Shown here piece after piece: positions 1-9,488 of a DNA stretch of 54,131 bases. The position numbers and the translations under genes were made by a program. The notes under the pieces were generated by a model. The model saw only the letters and a program-made list of their open reading frames with translations. It ran no database searches and was not told the DNA's origin. This DNA is from Bacilli bacterium. Its GTDB lineage: Bacteria; Bacillota_I; Bacilli_A; RFN20; CAG-826. The stretch's first letter is position 1, and every line of letters begins with the position of its first letter. The stretch is from NCBI GenBank assembly GCA_024408565.1, contig JAKSUW010000005.1, positions 1 to 54,131 on the forward strand. Direction: 5' to 3'.

Positions 1-70
1 CCTTTCTTCTTTAAAAGCGATTCGTGGTTACCGTGTTCAACAATATCACCTTGGTTAAGCACAAAAATAA
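1..70. repeat. Direct-repeat copy of the 3' part of the ABC transporter gene (matches 1702-1771); probably continues past the left window edge
   Basis: 1-70 is identical to 1702-1771 except for one base (pos 56 T vs C at 1757). Confidence 0.95.
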
Positions 71-152
71 TTAACATAAATCTAATCTATTAACCGCTTT
101 TTCAATTTATTAATATCGCCGCCAAGGTTTTGTAATATTCAAAGTAATCTCA

Positions 153-1583
153 TTAGTTCCAATAATAAGAATTGCCAGCGGTTGGTGTATCTTTGAAGGA
201 TCCACCAGTGTTTGAAAACATACTTTTAACAGCATCTTTAGGAATTTGAGTGGGACATTTAAATATTAGTGTTGCTCCACTTCCTTCACTCACATTTAAA
301 GAAGTGCAGCCTCGGAACATAGCGTCGTAACAAGAATCCGCTAATGTGGTCGCAGGTAAAGTAGGTGCTTCAGCAAGAGAAGTGCAACCGTCGAACATAA
401 AGTGGTAACAAGAATCCGCTAATGTGGTCGCAGGTAATACAGGCGCTTTAGTTAATCCACTTTCACAAAACATTGAATTATAGCAGTTTTGTGCAAGCGT
501 TTTTGCAGGGAGTCCGGGGGCTTCAGTCAAACTAGTGCAACCGTAAAACATAGCGTTATAGCAACCATCAGCGAGGACGGTGGCGGGGAGGGCAGGGGCT
601 TGAGTAAGAGAAGTGCAGCCATAAAACATGCTAGCATAACAGCCATACTGTAAATTTGTTGTATAAGATGACAAATAATCGGTAGGAACAGTGACTAAAC
701 CACTATATCGAAACATGCCATAACAGCAGTTCTCTTCTAATGTGGTTGCGTTAATTGCTGGAATATTGGTTAATTTAGAGCAACTATCAAATAAGTACAT
801 GTAACAATATTTAGAAGGAAGACCGGGCAATATCAATGCGCTTGCATCGCTAATATTGCATTCCTTAAATAAGTAAGTAAAGCAATAATCAACTGGTGGC
901 GTATCATTAAAAGTAAAATTCTCTTTATCAATTATGGACATAATATCCCCACTAACAACAAAATCTGAACCTTCAGACGTTACGAAAGATGTATAAATTC
1001 TATAGGTTTGCGCCATTCCGCTTGGGTTATTTCCTCTTAAATAAATTGTCTCATCTTTACTGAATTTATGAATTTCAACGGGTTCATCTGGTTTTACAAG
1101 AGAAGCGACCTTTGTCCAATTATCACGATCGAGAGAATACTCTAAATTCACATTATGTAGCGGCGCGCTTTTTGTTTTTCCCACATAACTTAAAGTTCCA
1201 CCACCAGTTGAATTACAAGTAAAACTAAGATAATCATGCGCTTTGCGTGGATCAGTCGCAGTAACTATAACTTCAACATTATTACCAGGCATTACACATG
1301 TAAAAGTAGCATTCTTATCTACAATGTTATAGGTGTAATCATCAACGCCTTTGACTGTAATATCATTTTGATTAGGTAAAACATAATTATCATCCGGGAC
1401 GATAGTAATTGATACATTAGCGCCTTTTTTATATTGCGGTTTAATTTCGTATTTATCGTTAACTTTACAATTCGTACCATCAAAGTGGAATGTATAACTA
1501 TTAGAAGGAGTTGGGGAACCACCACAGCCAACCAAAAATGATGCCGCCATAAACGGCACTACCAATAACTTTAGTTTTTTCAT
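153..1583 (-). CDS. Surface lipoprotein with an N-terminal beta-sandwich (divergent InlB B-repeat-like) region and C-terminal ~26-aa Cys-rich BspA/LRR-like repeats
   Basis: Signal peptide with lipobox FLVGC; RBS AGAGAGG upstream; repeated unit LPATTLAxxCYxxMFxGCTSLxxAP. Confidence 0.75.
   Translation of the reverse strand: MKKLKLLVVPFMAASFLVGCGGSPTPSNSYTFHFDGTNCKVNDKYEIKPQYKKGANVSITIVPDDNYVLPNQNDITVKGVDDYTYNIVDKNATFTCVMPGNNVEVIVTATDPRKAHDYLSFTCNSTGGGTLSYVGKTKSAPLHNVNLEYSLDRDNWTKVASLVKPDEPVEIHKFSKDETIYLRGNNPSGMAQTYRIYTSFVTSEGSDFVVSGDIMSIIDKENFTFNDTPPVDYCFTYLFKECNISDASALILPGLPSKYCYMYLFDSCSKLTNIPAINATTLEENCCYGMFRYSGLVTVPTDYLSSYTTNLQYGCYASMFYGCTSLTQAPALPATVLADGCYNAMFYGCTSLTEAPGLPAKTLAQNCYNSMFCESGLTKAPVLPATTLADSCYHFMFDGCTSLAEAPTLPATTLADSCYDAMFRGCTSLNVSEGSGATLIFKCPTQIPKDAVKSMFSNTGGSFKDTPTAGNSYYWN
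327..437. repeat. Intragenic exact 33-bp direct repeat (327-359, 405-437), period 78 bp = 26 codons
   Basis: gtaacaagaatccgctaatgtggtcgcaggtaa occurs twice. Confidence 0.9.
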
Positions 1584-1658
1584 ATAATGAAACCTCTCTA
1601 TGCTTTGATGTTAGTATATTTGAAAAAAAAATTCAATGTTGGGGCAAAAAGTCTATCT

Positions 1659-3467
1659 TTACGCGTCCGCAAACTGGGAATTATATAATTCCGCGTAGAA
1701 GCCTTTCTTCTTTAAAAGCGATTCGTGGTTACCGTGTTCAACAATATCACCTTGGTCAAGCACAAAAATAACATCCGCGTTCTTAATGGTTGATAAGCGG
1801 TGGGCGATAATAAAACTTGTCCGCCCTTTGGTGAGTTCATCCATCGCTTTTTGGATGACAATTTCGGTTCTAGTATCGACACTACTAGTGGCTTCATCAA
1901 GAATCAGTAACGGGGCGTCTTTAATAATCGCCCGGGCAATGGTTAATTGTTGTTTTTGTCCTTCGGACAAGTTGAGTTTATCATCAAGCATGGTGTCATA
2001 GCCATGCGGCAAAGTTTTAATAAAGTGATCAAGCCCCACCGCTTTTACTACTTCATCAAGTTTTTCATCACTTACATGTTTTTTGTTATAGACAAGGTTT
2101 TCTCTTACGGTTCCAGTAAAGAGCCAAGTATCTTGTAAGATCATATTAAATAATTCGTGGACGCGCTCACGCTTTAAGTCTTTCGTGGAAACGCCATCAA
2201 TCTTAATATCACCCGAATTTAATTCATAGAAACGCATTAATAAATTAACAATCGTGGTTTTGCCAGCACCCGTTGGGCCAACAATGGCAATCTTTTGACC
2301 AGGCTTAATATGCGCGGTGAAACCATGAATAATTTCTTTGTTTTTAACATAACCAAAGCGGATTTTATCAAAGATAACTTCACCCTTAATCGTCTTTAAT
2401 TTATTTTGTTTATGGTCCTCGTTACTAAGCTCAGTTTGTTCCAGTAACGCAAAGACTCGTTTACTGGCCGCGCTGGCTTGTTGAATGGAAGTCATTGATT
2501 GAGCGAAGGTCGATAAGGGTTGAGCGAATAAACGGGAATAAATGACAAAAGAAAGAATCGTACCAAGGGTCACTAAGGTGCTCCCATCGATAATAAACAT
2601 AATGCCAAAGACAAAGATTAATACATAAGATAAATTACCGGCAAACACCATGATGTGCATATTCATGCCTGAGAGAATCTGTGACTTCCAGTTATCTTCG
2701 TATAGGCAATTATTCGTTTTAATAAACTTCGCTCTTTCAAACGCGTTAGCGGCAAAGATGCGGACAATCTTGTGATTAGTAAAGACTTCTTCAATTTGTC
2801 CATTCATCGTGCCTAAATCATCTTGCTTCCGGTTAAAGTATTTTTGTGATTTAGCGAGCACAAACGCCATCGCAATAAAGCCAACGATGGAAGAACCAAT
2901 TGTAATAAAAGCGAGAATCCAGTTACTTCTAAACATCATCACGATGGTGCCTAAGAATAAGGCGAATGAACTAATTAAGTTCGCGACTGAGCTCGCAAGC
3001 GTTTGACTAATCGCATCTACGTCGTTAGTCACGACTGATAAGGTATCGCCAATGGTCGTGGTATCAAAATAGTTAAGCGGGATTTTGTTAACTTTATCAC
3101 TAATATCACGCCGTAAGCGGTAGCTAATATATTGCGTCACGTTGGCCATGATTAATTGTTGACCATAGGAAAGAAGTGCCCCACCAACATATAAACCAAT
3201 TAATAAATAGGCGATGGCTAAGAATTCATCCATATCAACACCATCAGGACGAGTAATGCCGTTGGTAATAATGTTAACTAAATCTTTAACTTTTTCAGGC
3301 CCGATGACTGAACAAACGGCTCCGCCGATGGCTAAAATAATCGCGACAATAATCGCGGGCAAATAGCGTTTACCATACACCACAATTTTCTTGAGGGCGT
3401 GGAAATCCGCTTTTTCTTTTGGCCCTGAACGTCTCCGGGGGCGCATCCCACCCATCATCCCCGCCAT
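1659..3467 (-). CDS. Heterodimeric ABC exporter subunit (TMD+NBD), TM288/EfrB-like
   Basis: Walker A GPTGAGKT, Walker B LILDE, degenerate signature LSEGQ, H-loop IAHR; start overlaps the partner's stop. Confidence 0.92.
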   Translation of the reverse strand: MAGMMGGMRPRRRSGPKEKADFHALKKIVVYGKRYLPAIIVAIILAIGGAVCSVIGPEKVKDLVNIITNGITRPDGVDMDEFLAIAYLLIGLYVGGALLSYGQQLIMANVTQYISYRLRRDISDKVNKIPLNYFDTTTIGDTLSVVTNDVDAISQTLASSVANLISSFALFLGTIVMMFRSNWILAFITIGSSIVGFIAMAFVLAKSQKYFNRKQDDLGTMNGQIEEVFTNHKIVRIFAANAFERAKFIKTNNCLYEDNWKSQILSGMNMHIMVFAGNLSYVLIFVFGIMFIIDGSTLVTLGTILSFVIYSRLFAQPLSTFAQSMTSIQQASAASKRVFALLEQTELSNEDHKQNKLKTIKGEVIFDKIRFGYVKNKEIIHGFTAHIKPGQKIAIVGPTGAGKTTIVNLLMRFYELNSGDIKIDGVSTKDLKRERVHELFNMILQDTWLFTGTVRENLVYNKKHVSDEKLDEVVKAVGLDHFIKTLPHGYDTMLDDKLNLSEGQKQQLTIARAIIKDAPLLILDEATSSVDTRTEIVIQKAMDELTKGRTSFIIAHRLSTIKNADVIFVLDQGDIVEHGNHESLLKKKGFYAELYNSQFADA

Positions 3468-5227
3468 TAGAGTTCGCTCTCCTTTAATTGTGATAACGCG
3501 ATTTCGCGATAAATTTTACAAGTCTTTAAAAGTTTTTCGTGTTTCCCTAACCCGACCATTTTACCCTTATCGATAACTAAGATTTGGTCCGCGTTTTTAA
3601 TCGTGCCAATCCGTTGGGCCACAATAATAATTGTGGTATCTTTTAAATATTCTTTTAAGCCCTTCCGCACTAACATATCCGTTTTATAATCAAGCGCCGA
3701 GAAAGCATCATCAAGAATTAAGACTGGTGCATTTTTATAAATTGCCCGGGCAATACTAAGCCGTTGTTTTTGTCCACCCGAGAAGTTTGTTCCACCTTGG
3801 GCCACTTCGGTGCGCACGCCGTTTTTTAGGCGATGGACAAAGTTAGCCTGCGCCGTCTTAATCGCGTAGCGGAAATGCTTATCATCATCTTCGATTGCTT
3901 GATTACTACCATAGGTAATGTTTGATTTAATATCACCTCTAAATAAGATAGCCTTTTGGGTAGCAATCGAAATATTATCGGTAATATCTTTTTGGCTAAA
4001 TGATTTAATGTTTTCACCATCCAATAAAATTTTGCCTTTACTTACATCGTAAAAACGCGGAATTAAATTAATAATTGAAGATTTACCTGAACCCGTCGCA
4101 CCGATAATTGCAAAGGTGGTGCCAGGCTTAATCGTGAAATTAATATTCTTCAAACAAGGTGATTGGGCGTCAGGATAAGCAAAAGAAACATTTTTAAAAG
4201 TGACTTCACCACGAATCCGTGGATGTTTATTTTCTTTGGGATAAACAATACTAGTTTTGGTATCAAGGACTTCGTTAATCCGCCGCGCTGAAACAATGGA
4301 GCGTGGTAATAAAATAAAGATTAAGATGAGCATCATAAACGCGATAACGACTTGAAGAGCGTATTGGGTGAAAGCAGTCATATTCGCGATGATTTGAGCC
4401 CGTTCCGCCGCACTGGCGGGATCAGTTAACGGGATTTGATTAATTAAACAAGCGGCAATCCAATAGATGGCTAAAGTTAAACCACTCATACATAAAGTCA
4501 TCACTGGCATCATGACGCCCATTGCCCGTGAAGTGAATAAGTTATTTTCAGTTACCGTTTTATTAGTCACGCCAAATTTATTGGATTGATACTCTTCCGC
4601 GTTAAAGGCGCGAATAACGCGCACACCCGTGATGGTTTCACGCATCGCGTTATTTAAATCATCGGTTAATTTTTGAATCTTTTTAAAGCGCGGATAACAA
4701 ACTAGAACAATAAGACCAACACAAGCGATAATCACTAATACACAAATTAAAACCGCCATAGTCCATTCAATACTGGTCGAGGAAATTTTACAGACGGCCC
4801 AAATAGCTAAAATCGGCGCTTTAATTAAAACCTGCATGCCTAAGGCAATAAACATTTGCATGTTGACTACGTCATTCGTAGTCCGCGTAATTAAACTGGG
4901 GGTGGAAAATTTATTCATTTCCGCATCGGAGAACGAGGCAATTTGGTCATAAAGTTTACTACGTAAAGTCCGCGAGAAGTTAGCGGCGATGTGACTAGAA
5001 AAATAGCCAGTAGCAATCGCGGCACACATACTCGCAAACGCTAGACCTAACATAATCCCACCGTTAATCCAGACTTCGTTTTTATCCTGCTCGGCTATTG
5101 ATTCAGTTAACTTCGCTGTGTAATCAGGGATTGTTAAATCAAGGTAAACTTGTAAAACAATTAAACCAATCGCGATGATTAAAAAAGCGATGTCACGTTT
5201 TGATAGATGTTTAAAAATTTTTAACAC
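3467..5227 (-). CDS. Heterodimeric ABC exporter subunit (TMD+NBD), TM287/EfrA-like; GTG start
   Basis: GATGSGKS, FSGGQKQR, degenerate Walker B LILDD and switch VAQR. Confidence 0.92.
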   Translation of the reverse strand: MLKIFKHLSKRDIAFLIIAIGLIVLQVYLDLTIPDYTAKLTESIAEQDKNEVWINGGIMLGLAFASMCAAIATGYFSSHIAANFSRTLRSKLYDQIASFSDAEMNKFSTPSLITRTTNDVVNMQMFIALGMQVLIKAPILAIWAVCKISSTSIEWTMAVLICVLVIIACVGLIVLVCYPRFKKIQKLTDDLNNAMRETITGVRVIRAFNAEEYQSNKFGVTNKTVTENNLFTSRAMGVMMPVMTLCMSGLTLAIYWIAACLINQIPLTDPASAAERAQIIANMTAFTQYALQVVIAFMMLILIFILLPRSIVSARRINEVLDTKTSIVYPKENKHPRIRGEVTFKNVSFAYPDAQSPCLKNINFTIKPGTTFAIIGATGSGKSSIINLIPRFYDVSKGKILLDGENIKSFSQKDITDNISIATQKAILFRGDIKSNITYGSNQAIEDDDKHFRYAIKTAQANFVHRLKNGVRTEVAQGGTNFSGGQKQRLSIARAIYKNAPVLILDDAFSALDYKTDMLVRKGLKEYLKDTTIIIVAQRIGTIKNADQILVIDKGKMVGLGKHEKLLKTCKIYREIALSQLKESEL

Positions 5228-5359
5228 GCGTTCTTCCTCAATTAATTACTAACCTATATATGATAACTAAATTAAGAAAAAATGATAGGATTTTATCGTT
5301 TTATTCATTGCCATCTGATAATAATTTTTGTGAAATTATTAAAGTTTAAGGAGTACATT

Positions 5360-6013
5360 ATGTCCGCTAAAAAGAATCCCAACGTCCACGTTTTCCATCA
5401 TCCATTAATTTCTCATAAGATGGCCATTTTAAGAAATAAATATACGAGTATTGTTGAATTCCGTCGCGCGATTAAAGAGATTGCAATGCTTGAATGTTAT
5501 GAAGCGCTTCGCGATATTCCAACCGCGGCTCAAACGATCGTGACTCCACTAGAATCAACACGCCAACATGTTATCAAAGAAAAAGAGATTTGCTTTGTTC
5601 CAATTTTACGGGCGGGCTTAGCGATGGCCGAAGGCTTTATTGATTTAATGCCCAGAGCGAAAGTTGGCCACATTGGTATCTACCGTAATCCTAAAACCAA
5701 AAAACCCGTTGAATATTTTATTAAATTACCGCGTAATATTTCTAAATTACGTGTGTTTTTAATTGACCCCATGTTAGCCACTGGTGGTAGCGCCATTGAA
5801 GCGGTTAAACGCTTATATAAACACGGGGCAAAAAATGTCACCTTTGTTTGTATGGTCGCTGCGCCTGAAGGCGTTAAAGCTTTTACAAAAGCTTGTCCGC
5901 ACGTCAAACTCTATATCGGTACTTTAGACCGCGAACTTAATAAAAATAAATATATCTTGCCGGGTATCGGTGACGCGGGTGATAGAATCTACGGCACAGA
6001 AGAAGAAATCTAA
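5360..6013 (+). CDS. upp: Uracil phosphoribosyltransferase
   Basis: HPLI, VPILRAG, DPMLATGGS, PGIGDAGDR motifs; start moved to ATG 5360 after AAGGAG. Confidence 0.96.
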   Translation: MSAKKNPNVHVFHHPLISHKMAILRNKYTSIVEFRRAIKEIAMLECYEALRDIPTAAQTIVTPLESTRQHVIKEKEICFVPILRAGLAMAEGFIDLMPRAKVGHIGIYRNPKTKKPVEYFIKLPRNISKLRVFLIDPMLATGGSAIEAVKRLYKHGAKNVTFVCMVAAPEGVKAFTKACPHVKLYIGTLDRELNKNKYILPGIGDAGDRIYGTEEEI

Positions 6014-6520
6014 TTAGAAACTTTCTTTGTTGTTATCGCTACTAACAATATCAACGACGCGTGTCATTGATATTTCTTCATGGAAAGTTGTGTGTTTTGG
6101 ATTAACGCATAGTGCGATTAAAGAAACAATCGCACTAAAGCCAAGGGTTAATACCGCGGTGACAATACGGGTGGTTTCTCTTAGAAACATTGTACGGACA
6201 CTAGGCCCTTTAAGGGTTTGTTTATCAATAATCCGGATGCCCATAAAACGTTTACCGATTGTTTGCCCATCCCAATAAACCGGTAAGGCAACAAAGTAAA
6301 GAATAACAACACAAATTAAGACCGCCCCGCCAATTCCGGAAGCAATCCATAACGCTACAATACTGGCAGGCCGTACATCATTCACTAAAACGTTAGCCAA
6401 TGCAAAGATTGATGGTAATAACAAGACCACCGCAACGATAAGTAATAAAGCGAAATCAAATAGCAACGCGAAAACCCGTTTCTTAGGTTTTGCGTTTAGG
6501 ATTTGTCTAGCGTCTTTCAT
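6014..6520 (-). CDS. RDD family membrane protein
   Basis: KRVFALLFD, GQTIGKRFMGIRI, HE..S.T.VV; start at 6520 directly after the NUDIX stop. Confidence 0.85.
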   Translation of the reverse strand: MKDARQILNAKPKKRVFALLFDFALLLIVAVVLLLPSIFALANVLVNDVRPASIVALWIASGIGGAVLICVVILYFVALPVYWDGQTIGKRFMGIRIIDKQTLKGPSVRTMFLRETTRIVTAVLTLGFSAIVSLIALCVNPKHTTFHEEISMTRVVDIVSSDNNKESF

Positions 6521-6521
6521 A

Positions 6522-7127
6522 CTAATCAAAAATGACCTTATCCATTTGCGCTGCTTTAATCATCCGTGTGATTTCTTCTTTTGTCCCTTTAAAAGATAAC
6601 TTTGGTAGTTTCTTTGGATTAAAGAATTTTACATCCGTAGTTTCGTAACAATGGCGTTTTAAATCCTTCGCGACTTGCGCTTTAAAAACGGCGACAAACG
6701 CTGGAATCGTCACATGGTGTTTAAAGGGGATTTGGTGTAATAAACCAACAAACTTAATGTCTTTAATGATGACACCTGCTTCTTGTTTTACTTCTTTTGC
6801 GGCGGTATCACTCGCTGATTCATATAAGTCACACCAACCACCAGGTAAAGAATAACCGCCATCAACTTTTTCTTTAACCATTAAGACTTCGCCTTTTTTA
6901 TTAAAGACCACGGTCCGTACCGAAATATTAGGCGTTGGATAAACAAATTTTGTAAAGTAGTTATTCCGGTCAAACTTCACTTCTTGAAAATGCTCAAGCA
7001 TCGTTTTGGTCAAATCAGAAATCTCGTGATAGTTATCTAGGGCATAGGGATCAGTTGAATAAACTAAACCCGTTTTGGCAATGGCTTGGACCTTAATTAA
7101 GAAATCATAAAATTGCTTATTTTTCAT
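6522..7127 (-). CDS. NUDIX hydrolase with N-terminal Nudix_N domain (YjhB/ADP-ribose pyrophosphatase-like)
   Basis: QAIAKTGLVYSTDPY N-domain, YPTP, LPGGWCD..ES..DTAAKEVKQEAG Nudix box; start moved to ATG 7127. Confidence 0.88.
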   Translation of the reverse strand: MKNKQFYDFLIKVQAIAKTGLVYSTDPYALDNYHEISDLTKTMLEHFQEVKFDRNNYFTKFVYPTPNISVRTVVFNKKGEVLMVKEKVDGGYSLPGGWCDLYESASDTAAKEVKQEAGVIIKDIKFVGLLHQIPFKHHVTIPAFVAVFKAQVAKDLKRHCYETTDVKFFNPKKLPKLSFKGTKEEITRMIKAAQMDKVIFD

Positions 7128-7152
7128 TGCGCTTATATTATAGAATATAACT

Positions 7153-7530
7153 ATGTTAAATTTCGTAGATTTTGTCTTGCTGATTCTTCTATGCACAGTT
7201 ACTGCGGTTGTTTTAATCTTTGCGACTGGCATTGTTCATACTAAACCTGGCTATGTAAGCGTTATCGAAAAGCACCGTAAATTTTATCGTTTAGAAACGC
7301 GGACGATGAGTTATTATCTCCCCTTTATTTATAAAAAAGTGGCTTATTACCCAACGAATGTGAATGGGATAATTAAAACCCGGTATAAGAAAGTTATCAC
7401 TTATCGTATCGTTGATGTGATGAAACTTTACACTAGTAAAATTGAACTCAAGAAATTATTAAGCGAAGAAAAAAATCTCGAGGCGAACCTCGAGCAATTA
7501 TTTGGCATCAAAATTATTAAAGTCGAATAA
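7153..7530 (+). CDS. Small membrane-anchored protein resembling a truncated SPFH/band-7 N-terminus
   Basis: N-terminal TM helix followed by GIVHTKPGYVSVIEK...YYLPFIYK. Confidence 0.55.
   Translation: MLNFVDFVLLILLCTVTAVVLIFATGIVHTKPGYVSVIEKHRKFYRLETRTMSYYLPFIYKKVAYYPTNVNGIIKTRYKKVITYRIVDVMKLYTSKIELKKLLSEEKNLEANLEQLFGIKIIKVE
7469..7494 (-). terminator. Probable intrinsic terminator for dacA, lying inside the convergent ORF
   Basis: Minus strand CTCGAGG-TTCG-CCTCGAG-A-T7, about 40 nt after the dacA stop. Confidence 0.65.
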
Positions 7531-7531
7531 G

Positions 7532-8287
7532 CTATTCGCTTTCGTTCATGCGGTAAAGTAATTCACGCACAAATTTATCAGGGCTCACTGTATCAAGTTC
7601 ACCAATTTGGGCGATGGAAATACGACCTGTTTCTTCTGAAACCACCACGGTAATGGAATCGGATATTTCACTAATGCCAATCGCGGCCCGGTGCCGTGAA
7701 CCATATTTGCCCGTTAAGGCTTTAGTGGTTGGAGTATAATAAACGCTCGCGGCATAAATCATATTATCTTTGATAATAACCGCGCCATCGTGTAAGCGAG
7801 TGCCCGGATAAAAGATTGTGGTTAATAATTCACTTTTCACTGGCGCATTAATAATGGTGCCGTTTTTCGTTAACGGAGTTAAATTATCGTGTTTTTCAAA
7901 AGTAATAATCGCCCCGATTTTTTGCCGGCTACACGCAAGAACCGCTTTCTCTACTTCTTTCACTAACGCTTCCCGGTCAATAATTTTTTTCGGCATATGT
8001 TTCTTATTAATTTCACCGTGTGGTGACTTAGAAAAAAGTGCCCGGATGGCGCCAAGCTTAAGAATAGCTAACACTAAAACAAAAGCCGTACCAACCACTA
8101 ATAAAACATCTGAGACTAAATTTAAATTGAATAAACAAGCGACAACAATTAAACCAAAGAAACCAATTAGTCCTAACACTAACCATTTATTAAATTTAAT
8201 CTTAATCGCAAGTAGAATCACCGCCGCAATCAGAACAAGCCCAACGGAGAGATCAACGATTGTACGAACGTCACTAAAGTCCAACAT
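7532..8287 (-). CDS. dacA: Diadenylate cyclase, CdaA/DacA type
   Basis: Three N-terminal TM segments; LHDGA and GSRHRAAIGISE motifs; VVVSEETG. Confidence 0.92.
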   Translation of the reverse strand: MLDFSDVRTIVDLSVGLVLIAAVILLAIKIKFNKWLVLGLIGFFGLIVVACLFNLNLVSDVLLVVGTAFVLVLAILKLGAIRALFSKSPHGEINKKHMPKKIIDREALVKEVEKAVLACSRQKIGAIITFEKHDNLTPLTKNGTIINAPVKSELLTTIFYPGTRLHDGAVIIKDNMIYAASVYYTPTTKALTGKYGSRHRAAIGISEISDSITVVVSEETGRISIAQIGELDTVSPDKFVRELLYRMNESE

Positions 8288-8318
8288 AGTTATAGATATT
8301 ATATATTAAGTTTTTCAT

Positions 8319-8876
8319 TTAATCTTTCATTATCTTACTTAAGAGTGCTTTCACCTCGTCAGGTGAAATGGCATAAACTTCTGGTAAATTACGACCAATT
8401 TCAATGTAATCAAGACCATAGCCAAACAAGAAATAATCTTCGGTGATTAGCTTACCGACATAGTCAATTTTCACTTCACATTTCCGCCGGGAACGCTTAT
8501 CAAATAAGGCAACGAGGATAATCCGTTTGGGATGATATTTTTCTTTAATATAATCAAGTAAATATTTCATAGATAAACCGGTATCAACCACATCTTCTAC
8601 TAACACTAAGGTCCGACCATCGACTTTAAAATCAATTCCCCGTGACATCGTTACTTTTTCGGTAGACTCGGTACCAGCGTAAGAAGAAATTTGAATGAAT
8701 TCGGTATAAACATAGGGCTTAATATTTTCCGCTAAGTCCATCATAAAGTTGAGCGCCCCTTTCATGATTCCAACAACAACTGGAATATGCTCTTCGTTCT
8801 CTAAATCTTTACTAAGTGCTTCCCCAATCCGCTTCGTCGTTGCTTGGATTTCGGCGCGGGACATGACTAGTTCCAT
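8319..8876 (-). CDS. hpt: Hypoxanthine phosphoribosyltransferase
   Basis: GIMKGA, LVEDVVDTG, FLFGYGLDY; ATG 8876 overlaps the xpt stop, with AAGGAGG upstream. Confidence 0.93.
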   Translation of the reverse strand: MELVMSRAEIQATTKRIGEALSKDLENEEHIPVVVGIMKGALNFMMDLAENIKPYVYTEFIQISSYAGTESTEKVTMSRGIDFKVDGRTLVLVEDVVDTGLSMKYLLDYIKEKYHPKRIILVALFDKRSRRKCEVKIDYVGKLITEDYFLFGYGLDYIEIGRNLPEVYAISPDEVKALLSKIMKD

Positions 8877-9457
8877 TAGCATTCCTCCTTACTAAAAATG
8901 GGACGATTGTTGGTAAAGCCGGTGATGCGAGCGCAAGCGCATACCTTAACACCTAGCTCTTCAATCCGTTTCCGCCCACCTTGCATTTCTTTTTCGCACG
9001 CCACCGCTACACCAAGCGGGATGGCTTTCGCTTGTAAACACATTTTAATTAAACCAACGGAGGATTCACCCGCCGCTAAAAAGTCGTCAACGATTAATAC
9101 TCGTTCACCTGGTTTTAAAAAATCTTGGGCAATATAAATATTGTTATCCGTGTTATGGGTAAAAGAATGGACCGTATAAGAATAATTATGATCACTCGCG
9201 GTGACCGTGGTTTTACTTTTTTTCGCAAATACAATTGGCACATCACCTAACTCCATCGCGACCGCGACCGCAAAGGCAATGCCACTTGCTTCAATCGTTA
9301 TCACCTTATCAACGTTTTGAAAATGTTGGGCGATAAAATGCGCTACCGCTTTTAAAACTTTCATATCAATTTGGTAGTTTAAAAATGAGTCAACCTTTAA
9401 AATTGAATTATTGAGAACAACCCCTTCCTGGAGGATTCTGTCTTCTAATAATTTCAT
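8876..9457 (-). CDS. xpt: Xanthine phosphoribosyltransferase
   Basis: MKLLEDRI, LKVDSFLN, TIEASGI, VDDFLA. Confidence 0.92.
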   Translation of the reverse strand: MKLLEDRILQEGVVLNNSILKVDSFLNYQIDMKVLKAVAHFIAQHFQNVDKVITIEASGIAFAVAVAMELGDVPIVFAKKSKTTVTASDHNYSYTVHSFTHNTDNNIYIAQDFLKPGERVLIVDDFLAAGESSVGLIKMCLQAKAIPLGVAVACEKEMQGGRKRIEELGVKVCACARITGFTNNRPIFSKEEC

Positions 9458-9488
9458 AAGCGGTAATAATTAGTAATTATTATAAACC

